From: Eutreptiella sp. 'Long Island Sound 2002'
Lineage: Eukaryota; Protista; Euglenida
Length of the DNA: 64,000 bases
Reading direction: 5' to 3'
Assembly (NCBI GenBank): GCA_964036045.1
Contig: OZ038378.1
Coordinates: 173,290,001-173,354,000 of the forward strand
Position 1 is the first letter of the stretch. Every line of letters begins with the position of its first letter. Positions 1-10,495 of the stretch are shown in pieces. Both the position numbers and the translations under genes were made by a program. The notes below the pieces were generated by a model that did no database searches, was not told the DNA's origin, and saw only the letters and a program-made list of their open reading frames with translations.

Positions 1-1
1 C

Positions 2-493
2 CGCCGCGAAGATCTTACCGTGTGGGGCAGCATGTCCCGGGAAAGCCACCGCAAGATTCGCGCACTCAACCCTGATGTCCCATGTTTCTACAGTGCGACA
101 GAAGTTCTGGCGATATACTTGTGGTGGCTATGCGGCTGCCTCTTCTGTTGCCCCCTGCCATCTGAGATCTTCATGCCTCCGCAGTTCACTGATGCGAGCG
201 TCGCGGCTCTGACAGCGCGCGTCAGCCAAGGTGCACTCAGGGGACGTTGCTTGAGCTGCCTGTTGGGGTTGCTCAACTGCATCCACAAGCGCTCCACCGC
301 GCTATTTAGGCATCTTCGTGCGCGCGGGAACTGGGTTGTTATGTGGGTGGTCAATAGCCAAGAGGAGATGCAGGAATGCCATGAGCAGTTTGGGGACGAA
401 TTGGATGGGATTTTGACCGATTGCCCTACGGAGCTCACAGAGTTCATACGCAGGAAGGGCGTGGAGTTGGACGTTGCGGTCACAGAGGAGTAG
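2..493 (+). CDS. 3' terminal part of a glycerophosphodiester phosphodiesterase, GDPD1/GDPD3 (lysophospholipase D)-like; 5' end lies outside the window
   Basis: Frame is open from nt 2 and reads REDLTVWGS...LFRHLRARGNWVVMWVVN...DGILTDCPTELTEF, matching the GDPD1/3 C-terminal motifs (HLTVWG; LFxHLxARG; WVLN; G-x-x-TD-x-P). Stop TAG at 491-493. Confidence 0.85.
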   Translation, partial: RREDLTVWGSMSRESHRKIRALNPDVPCFYSATEVLAIYLWWLCGCLFCCPLPSEIFMPPQFTDASVAALTARVSQGALRGRCLSCLLGLLNCIHKRSTALFRHLRARGNWVVMWVVNSQEEMQECHEQFGDELDGILTDCPTELTEFIRRKGVELDVAVTEE

Positions 494-2196
494 AACTGCT
501 TGTTGCGTTGTGCACAGCGCTCCCTCGGGTTGCGTGTTACTTTGATATGTTCCAGAGCATTTCAGTAGCCCGTTTGCCTCACGTCAAGGGTATGGCTGAC
601 CCTGGAAATTGCCGACAATATTCCCCACGGCGATGGCGATTGAGATACAATAATTCGCAGCGTACGGGTGTTTTGATGCGTCATATGTCGCTTTGCCGAA
701 TCGTATGAATCTTTATACCCCGGAGTTTCGTTGAATTTGTGGTGATAGTACTCATTTGCTCTTGCTTGGCTGTGAGGTTGAGTTCTCGTCTAGCTTTCGC
801 GGGCCGAACCTGGATGTGCAAAGTACTTGCCGACGCCGGCGTGCGAAGTCTCTGGTTGACAAGCGTAGAGCCTGCGGACCCCCAATTTCAGAGACCAATT
901 GCCTGCAAAATACCAATACTCTGAGATTTGTGACAGAGTGCAACTGAATAATTGTGGCTTTGGCTCTGCTTTTTTGCGGGTACAACATCCACGGTTCACA
1001 TGATTTGCGCGTTCAGCATGCGATCAAGGTCTCGGAGGCCATAGCACAGATAAGTCAGAGCTTTAGAACCGTTTGGTGCGTAAAATTAGTAGCTTTCGGG
1101 CCGCCTGCTCTTGCTGCGGTGGAGATTCATGGTGCGTAGCACCGTGGCTGGATGGGTGGGAGTCGGGGTGGGGGCCACATTAGGGGTCGCGGTCCCTTCA
1201 CATGTCAACATCCTGGGGAGGCCGAAGGGCAACCTTCCGCAGACTGGTCACCAACCGGTTGAGCTCATTGAACTAGAACTCTCCCGCACCACCAGCTTTC
1301 GAGTATTTCTTCCTACGCATCTCGAGAGGCATCCCTCATCCATCGCTGAATTCACCCCATGTTTCGCTTGTTTGCACCAAATACAAGCCTTGATCCAGAA
1401 GGACAATCCCCCCTTCAAGCCCTGGTTGATGGAAGTGGCGCATTGCGCCATGAAGAATCAGATCAAATTGCTGGCCAACTATCCCTGGGCCGAGCATTTG
1501 CCCTCTGTGCTCCAGACCCCATTTTTGACAACGCTTCATGTGAATGCGGACACACTGGTCTATTTTGACTTGACGCCAGGTTTTGAGTGCACTTCGTTGT
1601 GGTTTGTTGTGGCGTGCTTCTGGGCTGTGTGTTCGGAGTGTGTATGGTTACTGCAGATATTCCCAGCGCATGGTTGGGACCGAGGGTGGGGTTTTCTCCA
1701 GTGGGAATTTGTCACTCTTTCCGACGTGTGGCTACACAGTGTGACCCCTCAACCCTGATGAGCACAGAAAATTTGAGGCTTCAACTCCCCCTTCCCCAGA
1801 GGGAAAGCACCTAGACTGGCAGTACCCTTGAATCCTTTTGCTCGGAATGAAAGCGTGGGCTAAGGCGGTAACCATCACCCTCCACAGTACCAGCCCACTG
1901 GGGCCACATTCCCCCCTAAAATATATGTTATTTGTTTGGCATGGGACCGTCATATGCATCCTGGATCTGACCAGTGCGATGGAGGGGGGCTGTTCCTGAA
2001 GAGGTGTTATGGGGATGGGGGGTCTGGGACCCAACATTTATGCATGAAAACTGGCCCAAAGAAAGCGGTACTTCAGTAAATCTGATTTTTTCCCTCTAAG
2101 AAGTTTGTCGGTGGTGGGGTGGGTCAACCATCAAGCGCATGCTACCCGCAACCAACAAGGAACGCGCCCTGCGCACGCGTGACCGCAGTGGGGGAG

Positions 2197-2578
2197 CGTA
2201 TGTGGTGGACGGCCGGGACAACCGTGGAGGAGCAGGGCACCTTGGCTTCACGCACGCGGAAACGCAGAGAGGCAGGTTGTGGATGGCCTGTGTGGACAGC
2301 GAAAACAGTCAAACGACCCCCGCAACAACCAGCACAACCCCAATACGCCAACTACTGGGCGCTGCTAACGCGCACACGGCACATCCTGCCACATCCAGCA
2401 CAGCCCCAGCACACCAACCACTGGGCTCCGCGAATGCGGAAACGACACCAGCAGGAGCACCGGCCACAGTGGCCGACAGAAAGCAGCAACCCGACGCAAC
2501 ATGCGAAGGGAAGAACGGGGGGCTGTCCAGGGCCCTGTAAAGAAACAACAACCAGACGGAATGTCACACAGGGGGGGC
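2197..2578 (+). repeat. Dispersed repeat family A, partial copy ending in a G-run
   Basis: Clearly homologous to 36610-37028 (+) and 30490-30870 (-), e.g. the shared AAAACAGTCAAACGACCCCCGCAAC...CAGACGGAAT(G/A)TCACAC-Gn. Confidence 0.9.
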
Positions 2579-2731
2579 ACCCTGTGGTCGCCAACAGGCA
2601 CAGGGGGGTGGGCACTGTTGGAAGGGGGATGCAATTTGAAGTTTGTCGCCCTTTTTCGCGCAGTTTTTTTGCGAAAACAGCAGCAAAGTGGGTTCAGGGT
2701 GCCAAAGGCACTGGGAAATCGTTTCCGAGTA

Positions 2732-3930
2732 CCCTCCCCCCCCTTGTATAAGCTACGCCCGTGTCCAAGCTACAGTAGGCGTAGGGACTGTAATAATTGT
2801 GTACGTAATTTTAATTGCGTACGGTATGTAGTGCGGCCACAAAAGACATGGGTTTGGTGACTGATTTGCCAATTAGATGGAGCCATGGACACATTTGTTG
2901 TAAGCCTTCACCCACTTCAACCCACATGGCTCTGATTTTGGGAATATTTGTGCTTTATATTCCCCTTTCTTGCATCAGCTCACCATGCAATCTTCTCTTT
3001 TTGAACCTGGCCGTCCAGTTATTTTCACACGTTCCACCGGTGACCGTGTGGATGCTACAATGAAGGGACCATCAGAGAAGGGGGACCAATTTGCGGTATC
3101 TTTGGAGGAGAACTATGCCAAGTGGGTGGAAGACAAATTGATGGGGAAAAAAGGGAAACAAGGGCCCGTCCCCGTCCCTTCCCGTGAGGAAACCGCCACA
3201 TGGGTTTTGGAGGCATTCGATGCCATCACGGAGGATGATATTAGGGCCGCGTGCCGTGCGGCTTACTTCCCCAAGGGGATGAAGTTGTCGGAGCTTGAGG
3301 ATTTGAAGTATTTTGCCAATTCTGATTCTGATTCAAGTTCTGATTCTGATTCTGATTCCGGGACGGACACCGATGATGATGGTCCCATTTCTGAGTCTTC
3401 CTCAAGGGATGATTCTAGTGACTCCGATGATGAACCCACTGAAGTTGTTTGGGCTAAGGCTGCCCGAGGCGTGTGGGGAATGGCCCATGTCTTCGATGGT
3501 AAGTTGTATTTTACAAGGGACCACATGCAAGGCAATTTCATTCCCAAGAATTTGACGTTGCCCAAGCCCAAACCAGCCCCTAAGCCTCAGCCAAAGGCAT
3601 CTTCAAGTGGTGAGCATGTGCAATTGTTCCGCATGGTGTATGATCGCAAGAAGGGTTTCCGAGCCGAACATTTGTAGGCTTCGCATTCCTCATTGCTTGT
3701 GCCCACATTTGTGTAAACCTGAAATTTTCATGTTCCCAAGACCTTCTTGTGTTTGCATGCACTTGGTAATGTGGGCGGAGGTCAAGGGGCACTCATACCA
3801 TGCGCGCGCGCACGTGTGTGTCGGTAGTTGTATTTATTGCGCGTAAGCTACGCCCGTGTCCAAGCTACAGTAGGCGTAGGGACCGTAATAATTCCGTACA
3901 TTGGCGTAGCTTATACAAGGGGGGGGGGGG
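2732..3930 (+). mobile_element. Non-autonomous pogo-like (Tc1/mariner superfamily) DNA transposon
   Basis: TIRs CCCTCCCCCCCCTTGTATAAGCTACGCC / GGCGTAGCTTATACAAG-G12, flanked by TA at 2730-31 and 3931-32. A 40-bp subterminal direct repeat lies at about 2749 and 3844. The internal ORF carries a pogo-type C-terminal motif. Confidence 0.85.
2985..3677 (+). CDS. Intact 230-aa ORF in the pogo-like element: internally deleted transposase (no HTH or DDE core visible) with acidic linker and extra C-terminal domain
   Basis: Pyrimidine tract + AG at 2977-78, ATG at 2985. LEENYAKW...PSREETATWVLEAFDAITEDDIRAAC resembles the post-DDE helices of pogo/Tigger (DDE_1) transposases, followed by an S/D tract and EVVWAK...FIPKN. 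Confidence 0.6.
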   Translation: MQSSLFEPGRPVIFTRSTGDRVDATMKGPSEKGDQFAVSLEENYAKWVEDKLMGKKGKQGPVPVPSREETATWVLEAFDAITEDDIRAACRAAYFPKGMKLSELEDLKYFANSDSDSSSDSDSDSGTDTDDDGPISESSSRDDSSDSDDEPTEVVWAKAARGVWGMAHVFDGKLYFTRDHMQGNFIPKNLTLPKPKPAPKPQPKASSSGEHVQLFRMVYDRKKGFRAEHL

Positions 3931-4483
3931 TACAAAATCCCGATTCCAGCCTTCGGCCAAAATCTGGGGAAACGACGGCTCAACGGAGATCCCCTGTGCC
4001 ATACCTTTCTGTGACCCACAAGCCAGTGGCCCTTAGCGTGCTTGGGCTCATTACGGCAGGGGTTGCAGGCTACGCTTATTATCTGCGCACACGGAACCCC
4101 GCAGTGGCGTGCAGCAGGGCAGCCTGTGAGTTACACAGGCCACGGACAAGCAACCTCAGGGAACACATGAGCCAAGAGAGGACGAGCCTGCTATCCGAAA
4201 CCACCTGACATGCGGTTGGAGTGGCAAACTCGCACGCTTGCCTGCGGGCCCTCATTGAGAAACATGATCTGACCAAGGACAGCCACATCAGCATGTCAGC
4301 CCCCAAGGCCCTGTCAGCACCAGAGCCCCAGAAAAGAAACCAGCCCCGATGCACAGCGAGCAGCCGAAATGATGTGCTGCTAAACATCAGCCGTTCACCG
4401 GATGGAGGGTCTTCCGAACGAAATTAAAACACGGGCCTTACGCCGGAGGTGTCAAGCGGCCCGTTGCCTTTACCTCCACGACC

Positions 4484-4530
4484 CATCCCCCCTTCTTTCG
4501 CCTTTCCCAGGGTTTGTATTTGGGTTCCAG
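4484..4530 (+). promoter_or_regulatory. Putative spliced-leader trans-splice (or 5' UTR intron) acceptor(s) of the HRQ1-like gene
   Basis: Pyrimidine tract CCCCCTTCTTTCGCCTTTCCCAG (AG 4509-10) and TTCCAG (AG 4529-30) just upstream of the ATG at 4539. Confidence 0.45.
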
Positions 4531-4538
4531 TGGGTGAC

Positions 4539-4764
4539 ATGTCGTACCCACGGGGATCGCAATGGTTCAAGAAGGTCGCCAGCACCAGGAACAAGAGGAG
4601 CATTCAAGACGCCGAACAGCGGTCGGTGAAGGTGGAAGGTGCAGTCAAGATTGAAGCCTCGACTGGAGGTGACGATCGCAGTGAAGCAGCGAGTCCTCAG
4701 TCTGCTCCGTCCATTTCTCAGCCAAGGCCTCTGAAAAGACCGAAGGTGAGCCGGAAAACAGAAG
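4539..4764 (+). CDS. HRQ1: HRQ1-like helicase, exon 1 (basic, disordered N-terminus)
   Basis: ATG 4539 (MSYPRGSQWFKK...KRPKVSRKTE). Phase-1 donor GAAG|GTAATG at 4765 matches the phase-1 acceptor at 7655. Confidence 0.6.
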
Positions 4765-6017
4765 GTAATGCCCGACCCTCACAACCGAACCCATTGCTCA
4801 ATTAAGGAGAGTTGGGCTTGCAAGCGGCTCGAGTCTGTGCCGAACACAATGTTCCAGTGGTGTGGCAGGGGCGGCTGGAGCCAAGTGCATGGGTGCACAG
4901 TTGACCAAGTTGCGGCCTATTTTCCTTTGGTTGGATTCTACCTCCATCTACCTCCATACTCCCATTCTTTACCAAAATTTTGGATCCTGAAGTTGAATCA
5001 TGTAGGAATATTGGGGAAAAGTTGGCCATTGGGCAAACTAATTGCCCGTGGTACTTGGATGGATGATCGCTGCATTTTTGGCAAATTACAGCATTACATT
5101 TCTAGTATTTTGGCATCAACACCTCGATCGATCTCTCCATCATCAACCTAATCGTGCTTGTCCCTCGGTGAGTAAAATTGCAGCAATTGTGATCGGTGAT
5201 TCGGCCTGGGATAAAAGCAGGCACTAAGAAAGAATCCAGAAGGCTGTAACGCTGACAGGCTCTTGGGCGGACTGGCCCTAGGCGCATTTCACCACAGGTT
5301 TGGTGAAGAAGAGCAGTACGAAGACCAGTGCCTGAGAGAGGGAGACCAGCATCTGTGGGTCCATCAAGCTGCAGGGCACGAGGCTTGTGGAGCTCCTCGC
5401 CCCCCTCCCCCCCGAAGGGAAAATCAACGAACACATGGCACACAGAGTGCATAAAATGACTATGAAACCACTTTTTTCGCCTCCTCTTCCTTCTCCTCCA
5501 GATCAGCCCGTTTTCTCCCTGCACATTGCCTCGCCCCAACGCCACTATAGCCTGGATCCCCAACAGTCTCACAGGCGCTACCGGAAATGTAAATGGGCGA
5601 ATTCTGTCAGCACATGTAGCAGTCCCCATAGGAGCAACAACAATTGTTCCAGCTGGTGTCGATACTACATCCGGAGACGACAAGCTCATCTTCCAAAGGC
5701 CCGACCCAGGCAGCTGGGTGCCACAATGCACAAAAGCCCATCTTTCTCATTGCTGTGCCTGTGTGCTTACATCCACGCGTCACCACACGGGGGTTTGGGG
5801 GCGAGGGAACCTTCACTTTGGTTGCTCCCTCAAGGCCGCAGGGGACATGGACTGGGAGGCGGCGTGGTGGTTCCTTGTGATCACCTGTTTGACAACCGAG
5901 GTCATTTCAGGAAAGCCTGAAGCCTGTCCAAAGGCACCTGACATATGTTTGGGGTGGCAAGCTCGCATGTGGAGGTTGCAACCTGAAGCAGAATGCAGAC
6001 ACCTACAACCAGCTCAC

Positions 6018-6925
6018 CAAGATGCCATATCTCTCGGGGACGTTGGGGATAATGCCAGCTTTCTGGGTTTTCGGGGGTCGGTGCCATTGTTGCCTCATTT
6101 GTGCCCACTGAGTGTTCCAGAGGTAGGGGTATGTGGGGTATATTCGGAAAGCCCTTGAAAAGGGCTATTTGGAACACCCTGGGTCTGCATGCTGTACTGA
6201 CGACATGTTTGAGATTTTTGTCCGTTTCAGACGGTGCCTGTGTTGCTTGCTGCCTCTTTTTTTCAACGGGCAGCTGCCATGTCTTCATACAAATTCACGC
6301 CACGCGCTGTTGCTTCCCGGGATGCACCACAAAAGCCGCTGGATTTTGGCAGCACACCTGACCCAGTGCATCTGCAGCCCCATCCTGGTTATGTATGGCT
6401 GAAATCAGGATACAGTGAGGCCATTCCCTGGCGCAAGGTGGGGTTGATCAAACAACGAAACGTGGACCTCACAACCGATGGCCTGTGGGCCATGCTCCTT
6501 AAGGAAGGTTGGGTGCCAGTGAATGCACGGAGGTTGCAGGATTGGCAAAAATTGAAGAAATATGTCCCTGTCCACAAACAGGGGGATGTCTGCCCTAATG
6601 GGGTCCCAGCCCTGCCTGAAAAAGGGAATGCTGACGATGACAGTGATTCTGAATAAAAATGGATGAACGGTGCAGTGCCATGTTTGTGTGCACCGTCCAA
6701 CGTGTTGTGCTACGTTGAAAAATGTGACAACCCCCCCCCCCCAAACCCATACATTTCTGAAATGGCGTTTTCTTGCAGATTTCAAAAAGTATACACATAC
6801 CCCCCCCCCCTCCCAGGTGACGACATGTTTGCACATGGAAGCAAAAGTTGTAGAAAATGCCGAAAAGTGCCAAAACCCAGAAAGTTGGCATGTTCTGAAT
6901 GTCCCCGAGAGATATTGCATTCTTG
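6018..6925 (+). mobile_element. Non-autonomous TIR DNA transposon in HRQ1 intron 1, superfamily unassigned
   Basis: About 50-bp imperfect TIRs (CAAGATGCCATATCTCTCGGGGAC...TTTCTGGGTTTT at 6018-6068; reverse complement at about 6872-6925). Inner inverted GGGGTATGTG at 6126 and 6794; 14-bp direct repeat TGACGACATGTTTG at 6198 and 6818. Confidence 0.65.
6279..6656 (+). CDS. 125-aa ORF nested in the TIR element; possibly a transposase C-terminal remnant
   Basis: Poly-T tract + AG (6272-73), ATG 6279, protein-like composition (...WLKSGYSEAIPW...VPVNARRLQDWQKLKKYVP...DDDSDSE). AATAAA overlaps the stop. Family not recognised with certainty. Confidence 0.45.
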   Translation: MSSYKFTPRAVASRDAPQKPLDFGSTPDPVHLQPHPGYVWLKSGYSEAIPWRKVGLIKQRNVDLTTDGLWAMLLKEGWVPVNARRLQDWQKLKKYVPVHKQGDVCPNGVPALPEKGNADDDSDSE

Positions 6926-7655
6926 ACCTCAAAAACTGTAATCACAAAGACATCCGTCAGAGGGAGTCATCGTGCTTAGACAATGCCGTGTTGGCACAAG
7001 GAGGGGGGGGGGGGCTTCCAGACGCATGCACCTGTTCCATTCTCGTGGAACGAAACGCTTGGCGGTGGATGCTCAGCGGTGCAGCGTATGGGCTGCTCGC
7101 TGTGCATCGGTTGTGTTCGAATCTTGTTCTGACAGGGACTTGTGAGCAGGCATTCAGGTGCCACTGTTGCCACGTGTCAAATGGTTTGTGCGCAGTCGTC
7201 TGATGAGGGCCTGTGAGCAAAGCAATGTTACCATGTTGTCCAACTCAACGGGGGGCTTCCGTGAGGCACCAGAAGAACACGCGCATGTTGTTGTCTGGGG
7301 TGCGGGTTCACTTGTACTGATGTGGGTTGGTGCGCACGATAGGGAACCGCATCTGTGTATGCGTCACTTCTGAACAGCACGATTGCGAAGAAACTGAAGG
7401 ACACGCACGCTATCACACGCGCATATGCTGTTGGTGTAGGCCTTGCGTGTCACACTGCCAAGAGCATGCCCTTGTCCACAGCGCAGGATCCCGGAAAGAT
7501 TCCGGAGGGTGACGACCAGCGTTGATCTATGGCCAAAGCACAGGACCCCCGTCTGACCGTCGGTTTCCCTGACCCCAGCCATGGTTGTGCAAGGGGGAGG
7601 GGCTGGTGACCGGTCTCTTATTGGATTTTGCCTCCACCCCTCTTATCTTTTTCAG

Positions 7656-8509
7656 GGGACGGCCAGCCATCCTCCAGTTCCACAGCGTCGAGGCCAGCCA
7701 CTGCACCAACGCCTGCCGTCCCAACCACAACAGTAGACGGCGTGGGCTGCCCGTTGCCAATCCTGCACCCGGGGGTTGCCGAACGAGACCTTGACAGTGT
7801 GGTACTGCCTCCCGCCATCAAGGACCTCACGAAGGTGCACATGGGGCTGGAGATCGCTGTCAGTTTGGCTGACAAGCTCAACCTTCCCGCCACCCTCGAG
7901 CACGCGGCGCCCATTGTGGCGAAATTCAGTGGCCGACAGTTGACCGTTACGATGCTGCTGCGCATCCTGGGGCTGGCCGGGGATTGGCTGCAGTTGCGAA
8001 TCTGCCAAAAGCAATCGCAAGTCAAGGGAATCGATTCGGACGTTGTGGCGATCTACAACTGCTTCGTGAAGCGGATGACGGCAAAAGTACGAGAGCAGTG
8101 GTACAGCACGAAGGCGATCCAACATCGGGGACGGGCTGTCGTCTCGCGCTTGATTGCGCATGCGAGGCCCGGGCTGCACGGCGACCCCCGGATGCCCGCG
8201 AGCAGCGGGGATGCAGCGGTGGAGGAGAATGGGGCTGCAGGGCCCAGCTGTCCTGGGGACGCTGCCCACCCCTCGGCGGAGGGTATTCTCCGGGGAGTGA
8301 ACACTGCCGCGTGCGCGTATTGGCGGCAGCTCCCTGGAGCCGTGCAAAAGTCTTTGCAGAGCGGCGAGTACGGCGCTCCGGAAGCTGACATCGTGCGACC
8401 CGCCGCAGCATCAGCAGCCCTTGGGGGGCCACCGGAACGGGCCGGCGGTGAGGCCGAGCTGCTCAGAGAGATCCGGGGCGAGAAGAAGGCGGATATCCTG
8501 CCGTACAAG
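7656..8509 (+). CDS. HRQ1: HRQ1-like helicase, exon 2 (N-terminal region, possibly CDT1-like winged helix)
   Basis: Acceptor TTTTTCAG|G at 7655, open frame of 284 codons, phase-0 donor AAG|GTGTGC at 8510 that joins exon 3 in frame. Confidence 0.7.
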
Positions 8510-8715
8510 GTGTGCCCGCCAGCACGACCTCCGCCGGGTTGGGGATGCTCGCGGTTGTTTTGTTCGACCCTTTTGATCGTTTGAGGCTGCGTGTTTCGAG
8601 GTCTCGAGGTCCAAATCGGGACGAGCCCAAGTTTGGCAGTGTTCTGGTGTATTTTGTGTTTGGAGGCGTTTGTATCCGGACGTGCCACTGGTCTGGGGGC
8701 AGGCGTCTCGCCAAT

Positions 8716-9218
8716 GATTCGGTGGTGAGAGAACAGTACCCCTGGACCGTAGGACCCCGCGGTTCGGAAACCGCATTTCTTGGGACTCGTTCACGGGAGG
8801 CATCTCGCAGGTCTTCACGCCGCAATGGCTGGTCCGGTACGATGCGGCAGAAGTAGTGAGTGATATCTGGTTCTGTTCGACGCCGGACACAGCGGTGTCC
8901 CGTGTCAGACTCAGCAGTGGGATCCAGCCCTTCTGATCGCGTCCGACCCTGCGGACGCCAGCAGCCAGGCACCCGAGGCTTCGTGCACATTTCCTGCCCC
9001 GCTCCCCATAGACGCAAGCAATCTCGACCAATAAAGGCGGGGCACTCAAACGACTGAGACGGGGCACTACTTCTGCCGCATGGTACCGGACCAGCCATTG
9101 CGGCGTGAAGACCTGCGAGATGCCTCCCGTGAACGAGTCCCAAGAAATGCGGTTTCCGAACCGCGGGGTCAAGTTCGGGTACTACGGCCCAGGGGTACTG
9201 TTCTCTCACCACTGAATC
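8716..9218. mobile_element. Foldback/MITE-like element with about 145-bp inverted arms in HRQ1 intron 2
   Basis: 8716-8858 is the near-perfect reverse complement of 9065-9218 (one indel of about 11 bp), with a 206-bp spacer. No clear TSD. Confidence 0.8.
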
Positions 9219-10049
9219 GACCGGCGTCGCTCGATTGCCGGCGGTGAAGCGCCGGTGCTGGCGGTTTATATATTTTGTAGGCGGTGTTTGGCCGTCGACC
9301 GACGAGAATTGGCGGTCCGTCAACCCAAGCGGCACCTCCTGCACGAGGGAAGAGTGGGGGCGGGTCCGCTTTCGGCCGCCCCGGGCACCATAGCGTGCCC
9401 CTGAGGCCACGCCTGAAGCCCAATGCGAGAGGCGGGCTCTGCCCTCAAACCAATCTCTCAGCGTGAGGGCTCCTCCTGAGCCAAACCCTGTGTCCCAGTT
9501 TCCCAGTGGGCAGTCCCGCGGCCGCTGCCTTGCCCCTGCCACACCCCCGTCATATTTACAACTCCTTTCGTGATGTTTTATCAACCCCCCCTCCCGTCCG
9601 ACCACCTCAGCCTCAGCTCTACAGCAGGGCACAGAGCCGTCTCCTGCTTTTATCAACAGCTTCCGGCAACACCCTGTGTGTCGGCTTCTCAGCAGAAGCG
9701 TGGCCCTGCCCTTCTCCGGTGGTCTGTGCACCGCGGCTCCGTGTATCCCCCGTCCGGTTGCCTGTCCCAAGAACACGAAGGACATGGGATCCCAGGCAGC
9801 AAAGGGTATGCGCGGTGGGCACACGAGCGCGGCGTAGGCACTCTGCGTGCACGAGCTGTGGGATCCTCCCGCCCCCCCCCCCCCACTTCAGGCAGCACCG
9901 CCTGGCCCAGGCCCCTGTCGTTTCCAAACGCAGTCGCCTTCCATCCCTTCTAAAGGATCCCTGCATGGGGCTGTTCAAGTGCCACCCCCCCCCCCCCCCC
10001 GCCGTCACGCTCAGTCACCCTCCCTCTTGCACATGACATTCGTCGCCAG

Positions 10050-10316
10050 GTGCGCACGCTTGTGGAGTTCTACACCCAGTGGATGGCAACCGCCTCCCCT
10101 CTTCAGCTTGCGCACAAGTGGGAGCTGGCGGCACGGGTGAAGGACGTCTGCAGCACCGCGGATCTGGGCCTGGAGCCGGAGGTCATCAAGTCGCTGGCAC
10201 GCAAGGGGATCACGGACGTGTACCGCCACCAAATGCAGGCCATCACGGACCTCCACGCCGGCAAGCATGTGATGATCACCACCAGCACCAGCAGCGGCAA
10301 GTCCCTCTGCTATCTG
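10050..10316 (+). CDS. HRQ1: HRQ1-like helicase, exon 3 (Q motif and Walker A)
   Basis: CCAG|GTG acceptor; ...GITDVYRHQMQAI...VMITTSTSSGKSLCYL; phase-0 donor CTG|GTCCTC at 10317. Confidence 0.9.
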
Positions 10317-10495
10317 GTCCTCTGCCTGTGCCGTGCCCTCCCTTACCCCACCCCCCCCCATGTCAGACGAATGCCTTGTCCAACGAACACTCCTGTTCGG
10401 ACCGTATTTTTTGATGACTTTTATTGTTCGCTTGACACGAGGGGGGGGGGATGACGCTCCCTCCTCCCTCCCTCCCCCCGCCCCCCCTCCACCAC

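Noticed and set aside
8463-9824. 453-aa minus-strand ORF
   Set aside because: It runs through a foldback element and intronic repeats, starts at a non-ATG codon and has no recognisable motifs.
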